Positions 28,442 to 41,206 of a stretch of DNA of 64,000 nt are shown piece by piece (the stretch's first letter is position 1; the number at the start of each line of letters is the position of its first letter). This DNA comes from Camelus dromedarius. Lineage: Eukaryota. The notes beneath the pieces are model-generated. The model was not told the origin of the DNA. It did no database searches and saw only the letters and a program-made list of their open reading frames with translations. The DNA lies in contig NC_087436.1 of NCBI RefSeq assembly GCF_036321535.1, forward strand, positions 57,042,001-57,106,000. Reading direction: 5' to 3'. The position numbers were made by a program, and so were the translations under genes.

Positions 28442-28680
28442 TGTTAGGAACTGAATTGCCCCCTACCCCAAATTTACACCAGGGATGTGTGCACAGAGAA
28501 AAAGCCACATGAGGACACAGCAAGGTGGCCACCCGCAAACCAAAGGGAGCGGCCTCAGGAGAAACCAAACCTGCCATCATCTTGATTTTAGCCCTCCAGC
28601 CTCCAGACTGTAAAGATTTCTGTTGTTTAGGCCACCCTGTCTCTCGTATTTTGTTATGGCAGCCCTGGCAGACACGAACT
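28442..28680 (+). mobile_element. MLT1A-like MaLR LTR, internally deleted
   Basis: gccacatgaggacacagcaaggtggcc...ggcctcaggagaaaccaaacctgcc...ttgttatggcagccct. Confidence 0.8.
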
Positions 28681-29778
28681 TATTACAAATATTGTCCTTT
28701 ACAGGTTACAAAAACAGTTTCACATAATATACCTTATTTGATACCAAATATAATCTTATGGTACAGAAGTTACCTATGTTTTATTAATATTGACTCTGAG
28801 AGGTTAGGTCATTTGGTAAGGATTAGACAGCCCATGAAAGACAGAGCTGGGACCCAGAGCCCAAATCTACTTCCCAAGTCCAGTTTCCACAACTATACTA
28901 TTCTATATGTTATATATAATATCTAACTATTTTGAAATCCTGCATGTATTATTCACTTTTCTATCAGAAAAACAGCATCTTTGTTTTAATGGAAGTATGA
29001 GGTCTGTGTGGGAACTGCCTTAAAATACTAAAGATTACTTTACTAGAAGCTAACTAGAGAACAAGGGTTATTATTTTTGCTATTTTTATTTTGCAAATCT
29101 AATACAAAATGTAATACATATATATTTAATAAACATTTTCTCCACAGAACATAACTCATTTTTAATAAACACTTTTTAAAAAGTATAGCTAGAAGAAGGA
29201 GGGTAAAGTTTAGATTAAAGGTCAAGTTTCTACATGACAATACCTAGATTATTAGCTATGATGAACTTCCTAAGTTTAGCTTCAAGTAAAATATAATTTG
29301 GAAAAGAAAAGAAACTCAAGAGACATCTAATAAAAGGAAAATGGCTGAAATGATGTTGATAATAAATGTGTAGATTTATTTATTGACAAGAACATGTATC
29401 TATGATAAAGTTTAACAGCAGCTATAGAAAAGCGCATATAGTAAAATCTCACTTAGTGTAACATATGTGTACGTATGTACATGCACGTATGTATGCATAC
29501 ACACACACCCCAGCAGAAGAAAATACTCTACAAAGATATACACCAAAATAGTACTTATTTTAAGGTGGCAGGATTAAGCTGATTTTGTTTTTTTCTTTCT
29601 ATTTTTGTGTAATATTTAATTTTAAAAACACATATGTTTATTACTTTGATAATGAGAAAGACAATAAATCTATTTTTACTTTTGAGGGGCGAGCAAGGAG
29701 GTAAGAACTAAGATAAGCAATAGAAAACCAGAAGGGGTGAGAAAGGTTACAACATACTTTGGTAAGAGCAGTAAACTA

Positions 29779-29979
<201 letters not shown>

Positions 29980-31399
29980 TTATAGATTTATACTTCTACT
30001 AGTTTTCTCTACTACTTTTCTGAGAAAAGGTTTAGGTTTACAATGAAGTACCTAACTCTAATCTTACCTTTTAATTTACTGTTAAGAGCTATCTACACTT
30101 AGGAAAATGAACTCAAAACATAACACATTTTTTTGATCTCTCAAGTATTATTCTGTATTTGATTCATTTCTTTTGGCAATAAGAATTACAAAGATTATGT
30201 TCATATTTTATCACAATGTAATGCCATCAAAATTACTACATAAATGACCAGAATATTAACTATGATAGATAACATATTACTAACCTAATGTTTATACTAG
30301 AAAATTGTACTGAACTGATTTGAGTATTAGCACATGGAGAAACTTAAAGTATTAGGACCAAAACATAAACATAACTTACTACTTTGTCAGACTGACTTAA
30401 ACCCTTTCTGAATGAATGCTAATCACTTCTCATATCAGTGGTATGTATAACTCCAGAACTTGTAGGCATATTGGTATTTATGTTTAAACTTTGTATAAAC
30501 ATAAATTTGCTAGGCAACAACAAACACCAGTCAGTGGAAAGCAGCAGGGAAGTGTCCAAAATCTTATATAATCTGCAAACACATAAACAGACTAATCCCT
30601 TGCTTCGAAGGTAACATGGAAGTGTTATAAAGGGACAAAAACAATATATTTTTTTAAAAGTTTAAGTGGTTAAAAACTAATAGCACTTATTTATTGAACA
30701 TCTATTACACACATATACAAAGATAACATTTTGAAGTATAACTTCATTCAGTCTTTTAATATCCTATAAAGGTAGCTATTACCATAATTTTAACAGATTA
30801 AAAAAACCCAAGGCTCAGTAATTTGCCTGAGGTTGCAAAGCTACAAAGTCTTACAGCTAAGATTTTAACTCAGAAAGTCTCTCTCACTCAAAAGCTCATT
30901 CTTATACTCACTAGGACAGCATACACCATATGAACATGAAAACCTAGGACAAGGCCATGCTTCCCATTCTCCAGCTTTTATCCTGCCCCTTAATTTCCTG
31001 TTACACCACCCTATCTGCACATAGGGAAGGGGTGTGGACACAGCTATGGGTGTGATAAATGCTAGGAGTCAAATTCTGAAACCACGAAACCTTAATTAGA
31101 ACGGGGTAAAAGAGGTGGGGTAGAAATATATCTTAATCTACATTTCAACTGCGGAGTGTACAGTCTATAAAACATGTCTCATTTGAAAAATTAAAAGTAT
31201 AGGCAGGAGAAATCAGCAGTATTGCTGAAGTCTTTACAGTTCACTCTTAAAAATGTCTTTGCCTTCTTGCCCAATACAATTTCTATGCCACTATAGAAAT
31301 AATAATAAACAGAACATATTATCATAGATACTTTTCAGATCCAAATAAATTCTACTATACTAGTGGTGAGAGTAAATGCTAATCGTGTAACTCCAGACA

Positions 31400-31610
31400 C
31401 TATACAATGAGCTTTCCATGCCTCATTATTTAATCTATACTATAAAGTGGATACTATTATTATCATCCCTATTTTACAGATGAGAGTTCTCTGGGATTCA
31501 GAGGAGTTAAGCAACTTGCCCAAGGTCACACCTATCCAAATCCATGTCTGCAGTGGCAGAGCTGGTATGTAATCCAGGTCTAATCCAGAGCTCAGCCCTT
31601 AACCATGTAA
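31400..31610 (-). mobile_element. MIR SINE remnant
   Basis: attttacagatgag...gttaagcaacttgcccaaggtcacac...gtggcagagctgg. Confidence 0.75.
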
Positions 31611-34600
31611 CAACATACGTGAAAAAGCTCTCTCTCTGACCCACCTACTCTACCGTCAAAACTATTTTTAAATAGAATTCACTATTATTTTTCTGAGTCC
31701 TTCCTAATGCTGTTGGTCACCCCCCACACATTAAGGTTCATATTCCATGAAAATGATGAAACCCGGTAATGCAGGCATATTGTATCACTTATAAATGCAT
31801 CCAAGGGCCAACATCCTAAACCAATGTAAATCTATCACAAATAGCCAAGAAATTAACCAACAAAAATTACTAAATTTCTTTATCACCAACATGTTGAGAA
31901 GTAAGTCTATTAAAATATTCTTCACTATACACACAATTTTAAAAAGCAATGAAGAAATTTTGAGAATCATTTACTACATTACCTTTTTCATTCAAATAAA
32001 ACTGCTTCATCCACAATCACAAAGCAACTCTGGTAGTTGTTTTGACCAGGACATTAAATACTTTTGTTATATTGAAATATTTGTTTTAAAAATATGTGAG
32101 TATGTGTGTGTATTTGCTCCTCTGCTAGATTTACTTAAATTACACTTAACGTTTTGTTGCTTAGTATCCCAACAGTGCTACCCATAACATATGCTTTCTC
32201 CAGAATGCAGAAGGATCAATGAAAATGCAGTTTTGACTAAGTACCTTTTTAAAAAATTCAATTCACTTATTAAGACAAATTTTTAAAACAGGGCAGCTAC
32301 ATTCTTTCTCTAGCAGTCTCTAATATTTAGATGCCATACAATCATATTTTCCATTTATTTTGACATTCCACAGTTTTCTAAAAATTTTCATGACTGCATA
32401 TAAACTCCAACCACTAGTTTATACATAAGAATGTAATTTGCTCAGGGTTACCTGAATGATAAAAACAAAGCCCAGGTCTTCTGAATTAGGTAAGCGATCT
32501 CTTTTCAATAGGGGACTATAATATCTATAAACTGAAAGTTTTCTTACCTCCCCCTAAGAAAAAAATTGATTTTAAGATTTTCTGAGGTCATGAAAGAAAA
32601 CGAGGCAGAATGCTACTTTAAAGTTACTTGTTTTGTTAGAGGGAAAAAAATCCTTCCAGACAGTTACTATGATAATCTTTCCAGAGTAAAAATTAAATTG
32701 GGTTTAAATTTCCCATCGGAGAAATTACTATCAAAATTATTTTGAAAGGTGAGAAAGGCCTGAAACAGGAAACGAGAGTATGTACAGTGTGCTCACTTTG
32801 AGTTTAAAATGCAGACGGTTAGGGATACTTTTTGAAGTAGTTCATGTGACAGAGATTAGGGATCCCAGCTGACCAAAAATTTATGCCCTTTAAGTATAAC
32901 ATGGGTGCAGAAAAGACTACCACAATATTAGTTTGAACTAACAGAAGTATCCGAACTACTAAAATATTTACATCATAGTACTCTGAGTTAGTCAGATCAC
33001 ATCTGCAGCACTGGTCTGCATTTACATCACTGTCAAATGGTTTCACAGCAACTGTTTTAGGAGCAGGTATGAAACCATCCTGTCAGGTTGAGGACGAATA
33101 AGATCAGAAGAACCTTGGTAGATTTAGCCCAGAAAAGACAGGACACACATGATTAGATATTAGTTTATACTGAACATGTCAGAAATCGTTTCAGTTAAAA
33201 CAGGTTAGGGCTGATAAATCTTAGATACACCACTAAAGCTTGAGAGATGGCCACATCTATGATAGGAATAAAGTAGGAGAAATATTGAGGTTTTCTTCCC
33301 AACTTTTCAAATCTCACTGTATTCTATTTTAACTTTAGGCAATTTTAGCTTTGATATTTTAAAATAAAGATTATGGATAATGTTTTTGAGATACATATGA
33401 GAATTTTTTCTCCCTTGCAAGACTTTATTTTTAACAAGGAGTTACAGTATGTCTGTATTTCTTTTATGTCTAAAAGGCTATTTTCCTTCTGTTGGGATTC
33501 TTATAACAGGAAAATAAAGAGCTAATATAATTTTGCTTCAAAATAAACTTTGTCACAAAGAATTTGTTCTGTTAAGCAAAAGTTTAACAGATTATTTATC
33601 AGGACAGTGTGACATTTTCCTTTGTGCTAATAAATCCTTTCCCAAGGCAAGGAAAGTACTTTAAATGCTTCTATACTAAGCAGCCATTATGCCTGGCCAG
33701 TTTACCAAGTAAAAATTGCTTGTGCAACTTACTTTGGCTAAAAACAAAAACCAAGGCAACAAATTTCACCCCCTAAAAGTGCATTTAAATAAACTCTAGA
33801 GAGACTATACAGGTTTTCAGAAGTTGTACTTTGGACTAGATCCAATAAGCATTAAAAAAAAAAAAAAAAAACCCAAACTATTTTTCTCATCTATTCAATA
33901 CTTCATTTAAAAAAATCCTCATTCTAATGGAAAAGATAGCTTATTACCTTATCATACTATTTACAAGTAACAGGACTTTGTGGACGTGGGTTTAAGAAAG
34001 AAATTTTTTTAAGTGATGCAATAAAGGACTTGATTTTTTAAAATCCAAATTATGATAAAGTAGACTCAACTGAGTAAGCCTTGTAGAGTGAAGAACTCCC
34101 CATATCCAATGCTGTAGAACAAGAAGGAGCAGCTCCAACTACACTTTTAGGAGATGAATTTGCTGGCATGGCCATAGTTCTTTCTATGCAACAGAGAAAA
34201 GAGCTTCTTTGTGGGAACTGCATCACGTTTCCCTACACCATCCCATAGCACCCTAGAAGGGCACAGAAAAGATTGTAGCTTACTATTAAAGGCCAGTAAC
34301 CATATCTTGATTTTTAATTAACCAATGATCAGCAAATATGCTTTGATCATTAACTTAGAAAAATACCAGAAGTATATAAAATCACCAACTAAGGCAATTA
34401 ATTTTAATGAGACTCTAGTGCTAATCTTATTAAATACCTATCAGAAATATTCTGAACAGATATAACTCATTTTTAAAGTTACATAAAACTGCAGAGTATG
34501 GATATACCATAATTCATTCTAACTAGCTTCTGATTTTAGAAACTTGGATTGTTTACATGCTTTTGACTCTATATGCATTATCACAATAAACAATTTTATA

Positions 34601-35428
34601 CATTCTTTAAAAAAGGAAGTACTCTGAACAGTTCTGAGTTCCCAGACCACTTAAAAATAAACAAATAAACTTTTAAAAGAAGTTTGAAACAACGCCCTCA
34701 ATAGCCCCAAATCATGCAAAATAGGGATGTTTACAGCTACAAAATACCATTTTAGTATGTGCTGGCTGTTGGGACAAATTTTTTAGTGAAAATGATTTAG
34801 TGTGTTTATTTTTTGCAAGAATTTTATTGGAAGTAGCAGTCTTGGGGAATATACTTTTTATTAGCATGCTTTTTATAATTTTTCCTTATAAAATCTATTT
34901 AATAAAAGTATCATTTTCATTTTTGATGTGTTTCTACCTCAAAAAAGATTTAAAAATTTGGGCTTTTGAAAGCATTTAAAACATTTGATCACATATATGG
35001 GATCATTTCATTTATGATTAAAAATAAATTGAACCAAGACAAATTTTTACATTGATGCAACTGAGCAGCTGACTCTTTGAAGTACCAAATTAAGTAAAGA
35101 GGTAACCAAAACAACCTTTTCAGTTTATGTGATTATGAAATTATCTGTCATCAGAAAAGGAAAACATAGGTTATGTAAGACCACAACATTTCCTCCCTCG
35201 AATTTTTAATGTGATAATGGAGTAAAATAATGTGATTTGGGGGTTGGGGAATCAATGAAAAACAATTCATATACCACGTATGTGCTGTTATAGGAAACCT
35301 TGGGTTTCCTTTTAAACATTAGTTTTCCTATCACTTCCATATTTAAGTTCCCTAGGCAAACTACAGAAATAAGTTCAAAATTTTTATACAACTGAGTTAA
35401 AATAATGAATAGGTGCATACAAGTATTA

Positions 35429-35629
<201 letters not shown>

Positions 35630-37395
35630 CTATGGCATGAAAAGAAAAATAATTTAACAGTTCAGATCTAGTAAATAGAAAGCCTATCTCAATTCCTTTC
35701 TTTGAGGGAGAAAAAAGTTTGTTAAACTTCTACTAATGACCTTAATCAAGTGTGAACAGAACCTGCACTTGAATTTTCATGTTTCACTTTAATAAATCCT
35801 ACTACCACCTCAAATTCATCGTGTTGAAATAAAATATATCTTTTTCCTCAAAACGCAAGCTTGTTACTTTGTCCCTGGTAGCTATTCTTTTATAGGAGAA
35901 ACTCTAAATTGTTAATGTCTCCTATCAAGATTTGTCTTCAAAACCTCAGATTCACATCCATTACCAAAGGTAATAGTACCAAATGTAGTAACTTCATACT
36001 AGATCGCTCGCCTCCATTTTTGTCACTTCCTGTGACTATGACATATAGTAATATGAATAAGATGGTAACATTGATTGTGCTAAAACATATCTTCCCTATC
36101 TATCATCAAAGTACAACCCTTCAAGCTTTCAAAATTCCAATTATGTCACTTCATATTTTACCCTAAACTGAGACTACAACTTCGAAAAATACTGCATGAA
36201 TTAAGTTAACTGTTACCAATTCAATAATTTGATAAAACTTAAATATAATATCAATTTCAATATAACACTTATATAAATTGGTTCGTGAGACTTTCTTTCA
36301 GAATGTATTTGTATTTATTTTTCTAAAGAACACACTGAATACTTTACAATTTAAAAGCTGTAACAGAATTAGAAGTTTCCCATACGGCTAGCTGAAAAAA
36401 AAATATACCCTAAAGAACTATACAAAAATACACTTCCAGTGAAAAGATTAGAAAAAAGCCCAGTGGCTATCTGAAAGCTGTTTGTTGGCAAAAAGAAAAA
36501 TCCCTAGTCCAAAACAGAATAAAGGAAACTAAACTAAAACCATCTGTCAGGCTAAAACCACACATGATTTTGATTCATAACATCTTATTTAGCATATTCT
36601 TTCAAGTTATGACAAGAATCTCATTAACAACTTTAAATAATCCCTCTGATCACAGTATTTCTAAGTTCACAGAGAAGCTCAAGCAATAGAAATAGAACAC
36701 TTACGGGATATAATAAGAAAATTCCATTAAAAATGTAGTTTATACTAACACATACTTTTTACACCTAACCTAGAATACGCTGCTAAGAAAAAAAGTTTCC
36801 AGTCTATTCCAAAGCCATGTTATTAATGTACTGCACGATTAAAAAACAAAATAAACCAAAAACTTGGCATGTCACAAAATGACACTAGGACACATGAAGG
36901 TATCTGCACACTATATTTTCACATCCACAATGTGACCTCCCAATTAGTGCTTTCCAGGGAAAAGATTTATACATAAAAAACAGAATATGTAAGAATCTGT
37001 GCCTTGAAGACTTTAATGACTTTCTTCTAGAACTTTCAGGTAAAATTTTTTATTTAAAAATGAAACCCTAAAATTATAGGCCAAAAAAATCAATCTCACG
37101 TCTATTGTGGGGAGGGTGTATGATATGTATGTGAGTGTAAGAACCAACAAGAATAACCAGGGGAAAAAAAAGGAACATATATTATGTGCCTTGTATGTGC
37201 CAGAAACTACTAGGTGTCTTTTGTTCATTAACTCATTAAGCTCTCACAACAACCGCAAGATCAGTCCACCAGTTCTGAATGAGTAAACCAAGGTTCAAAT
37301 TTCAAGGTCACAAAGCAGGATAAAAGATTCTAAAGTCTATACTCTTTTCACTAAAACTAGTACCGCCATAAACAAAAAAACAAAACTTAAAAGTC

Positions 37396-37471
37396 AGGGA
37401 GGGTATAGCTCAGTCGTAAAGTGCACGCCTAGCATACCTGAGGTCCTGGGTTCAATCCCCAGTGCCTCCAT

Positions 37472-37539
<68 letters not shown>

Positions 37540-37586
37540 ACCTAATTACTCCCCACCCCCGCCAAAAAAAAACCCAATTAAAAATT
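37396..37586 (+). mobile_element. Vic-1-like SINE with an internal (TAAA)17 array (37473-37540)
   Basis: gggagggtatagctcag...ggttcaatccccagt, 17 perfect TAAA units, then cctaattactcccc; TSD about aaaaaacaaaactt. Confidence 0.92.
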
Positions 37587-39975
37587 AAAAAACAAAAACT
37601 TCTTATTTTCTGTAACCAACTATCATTTATTATGTTTTTTTTTTTTTCTTAGCAAGTACTACAGGGGCTAGTGAAGGTACCCATTCCCTGTCCTTGTGTG
37701 GTTTATAGTCATTTGGAAAGACATGCAGCAAATAATTTTACGTGTAAGGGGAAAAAACAAACTTTTCACAAGGAGACTATCAGAAGCTAGGATATAGGAA
37801 TCCCTTTCAAAGTAGTAAGACAAGAAATCGGAAAGAACTGTTTTGACTCAAAGAAGATCAATTTAATATGTCAAAACCTAGAGAAGAGATAAAGGTACAG
37901 GACAAAAAGAACCAACCAGACATTACTATTCCCCAATGAAAGAACACATTACTGACCATGTAATGGTACTGGTGGGAGTATTTAACCTTCTAATCATAAT
38001 TTCCCAGAAAACAGAACCAGAAAAGCCCAGACTGGGAAGCTGTGGAACAAATGATTGGGAGAAAGTGACAGTGAGAGAGTGAGAGAGATGAAACAAAATC
38101 TGACATGAGCTGGTAACTGAAGCTGGTGATGTGTACATGAGGGTTCATTATACTATTCTAATTTTTATGTTTGAAATTCTTATGGGGCAACGAAGGAGAG
38201 TGCAAAAAAGCAACCTTTACTTTACAATGCTGCAACAGTTTGACTGAGACTTCTAGTGAACTTGACATTCTGGTTATTTTTTAAGTCAAAATTTCAAAAC
38301 ATAACTCCCTGAGGCTTCCCACTCTCTTTACCTCTCTTCCCATACAATCCAATCAACATTAGAGATGATCCAAATTGCTGCTGCTAGTTTAGAATTTAGA
38401 TCTATCTGTAGTGATACAATGTCCATGAATGTAAGACATCAGTAGACAGATTTTCAAGGAAAAAGTTTCATTGTTAATAAATCTGTTAGAATTAGGTTCA
38501 GTTACGAGTGATAGTAAATCCAAAACATCAGGGGTTTAAATAAAACATAAGTTTATTTCTCTCTCATGTAAATTAAGACCACAGGGGGCAGTTCAGATCT
38601 GGTAAAGTGGTTACAAAATCAAGGATTCTTCTACTTTGTTGCTTCAAAACCTCTATATGTGGATCCCACCATCACACTGACATCTCAACCAACAGGAAGA
38701 AGGGATCCTTTAAAGATACTTTCCAAAAGTCACAGTATACTCCTGCTTACATCCCACTAGACAGGAATTTGTCAAATTACCAAAGGGAGGCTGAAAAAAC
38801 GTAGTCTTAATATATTGTGGGAAATGTAACCAGCCATAAATCTGTTCTAAAGCACAGATGGGGTTAAAAAGAGAGAGAGAGAAACAATTAGATCCAAAAA
38901 AGTTTGATTCCACATGACTAGAACTGATATTGAGGGGTGAGTAGAAAACTACAATTGATTCTTAACATTTCACTAATGATATATACAGCACTTCTAATGT
39001 AAAATATTGTGGATATCTGCAGCTAACATTTTTTTAAAAACCGGCTACTGGACAGTTATTTTATTTAATCCTTGGACTTTCCCACTAATTACATCCTACT
39101 TACAGATGAAGAAATACAGGAACAGAGAAAGAACTTGCTTTAAGTCATGTAAATTGCTAGAAAATGTCAGAATTGGGATTCGAAAGCAGGCCATCTAGGC
39201 AATTTAGCTCCACTATATTATTCACCCATCTCCTAGTAGGTATTTACAAAACCAAGGGGGATAAATAAAGAGGCAGGAATGGAACTCAGAAACAAGAGAT
39301 CCAACACAAGAGAGAAAAACAAGATTTTTCAAAACGCTGGGGAAATGAGATCCCAGTATCACAGTTGATAAGCTGGTCTATAATATGGCCAGTCCAAAGC
39401 AGGTCATAAGACTCCAGAAGAGACTTGCTTCAAGATGATGCAACTGATAAAATACTTGAAGTGTCTAAAATTTGACGGGAAATTTAGACAACTGGAGAAG
39501 AGTTTAGAGTTGAACTTTAAGTATACAAAAAACTAAGAAAACAGAAAAACCAAGACAACTAATAACTAGAGAGAACACAATGCTGAGCAAGAAAAAAAAA
39601 AATAACCATGTAGTATATTACATGGCTCAGCTATGAAAGGCATTTGCATAGTCTAACAATGTAGATACTGAAAATTATTTTCAAAATTACCACATTAACA
39701 TACTGTTAGAATTGGGGAACTGGAAATGGGCATAAGAGGTGAGACAGACAGTGATAAGAGAGCTAATCCTGCCAAAATGTTAACAATATTTATGTCATGT
39801 CAACAGATAAAGCCTACAACTGAAAAAAAATTTTAAAGCATTGTTTAATATTATCCAGAGATATCCAGAAAGTGTTAAGAAACAGACAGAATAAGAGTTT
39901 GAGAGAGGAAGAAGCAAAGTTTCGAGTTCCTTAAAGAGGTCAAGCAGAATAAGAATTTAAAATGTCCTTTGAACT

Positions 39976-40118
39976 GGGAGGGGAGGTATAGCTCAGTGGT
40001 AGAGCTCATGCTTAGCACGCACAAGGTCCTGGGTTCAACCCCCAGTATCTCCACTAAAAATAATAAATAAAATCCCCTAATTACCACCCCCCACAATAAT
40101 TAAAAAAAAAAAAAAAAG
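39976..40118 (+). mobile_element. Vic-1-like SINE
   Basis: A and B boxes; perfect 13-bp TSD atgtcctttgaac (39962-39974 and 40119-40131). Confidence 0.93.
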
Positions 40119-40995
40119 ATGTCCTTTGAACCAACAATCAGTGGATCACTGATGATGTCACAAAAGCAATTTCAAAGGTGATGGAAAGAGTAGAGGCATC
40201 ACATAGGAAAGGGGAAGGCTAGCTCTTCAGACAGCTTTTGTAATTTTTTTTTAAGTATTATGAATCATATCAGGAAATATCCCAAAATACCTCACAGTGG
40301 TTCTTTTGTATAATATCATAATATCCATTTTCTAGGGAAAAAACTAAATAATTTTAAGCTGCACACTGGTCAAATTTTTCTGATCAGAAGGCTAACATTT
40401 GATGCCTTATTTACAGACTTCTTTTCAAGAAACTTTTGTTGAACATTAAGGCAAAATTTTACTAGAAATTCTTAAATTTTTTAGAGAAAAGCAAAACATC
40501 TGACTTACTCCAGATTCCTTTCCTACTTTAAGCAAGAAGTATTATTAACATCAACAATACACTATAGATTAACCTGACTTGTCAATAAAGAATGTACTTT
40601 TAAGGGAAAAAAAAAAGAATCAGAAGAAGTAGAAGCAGTTATCTGCAGTGTGGGAAATAGGCTAGAGAAGGGGATGGATATGGATTTTCAGGGAGAATAA
40701 GCCTGTAGAATTATTTGTTAACTTAATATATGCATAAATAATAAAAAAAATTAAAAAATATTTAATTTCACAATATCTTCATTAGGTGTGTATAGGGACA
40801 GAGAACATGGTGACTTCCCTCAAAGAAAGGTGTAAGAAAAAGTCTACTGTTATGTTACTGTTTTCTAAAGACAAAAAGCATTTAATAATCCTGTAAGTTA
40901 GCTTTACTAAAACAAGATTTAATAAAATGTAGAGTATAAATGCGGGATCTACAAGTAAATCTAAAGTTATTGATGAATATACAAAATATGACCTT

Positions 40996-41206
40996 ATGAG
41001 GGATAAATTTGGAATTTGAGATTACAGATACACACTACTATAAATAAAACAGATAAACAACAAGGACCTACTGTACAGCACACGGAACTATATTCTACCT
41101 TGTAATAACCTATAATGGAAAAGAGTACATATCTATATGTATAACTCAACCACTGCTATATACCTGAAACACTGTAAATCAACTATACTTCAATAAAAAT
41201 TTTTTA
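40996..41206 (+). mobile_element. 5'-truncated L1 3' end
   Basis: gggataaatt...aacaaggacctactgtacagcac...aactatacttcaataaa; TSD aaaatatga(c/t)ctt. Confidence 0.9.

Noticed and set aside
28525..28926. 133-aa ORF
   Set aside because: Runs through an MLT1 LTR and MIR-like sequence, with no protein-like features or splice support.
31795..32187. 130-aa ORF antisense to SMARCAD1
   Set aside because: Composition reflects AT-rich intron, with no recognisable domain.
33948..34252. Possible cryptic exon (cccttctag acceptor, aag|gtaata donor) in SMARCAD1 intron 10
   Set aside because: It is 305 nt, frame-breaking and has only a moderate donor. Such pseudo-exons are common and I have no further support.
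39976..40052. tRNA-Ala-like sequences here and at 18106, 19841, 37396 and 53662
   Set aside because: Each has a shared non-tRNA tail and an A-rich end, most with a TSD, and mutated stems. They are SINEs, not tRNA genes.
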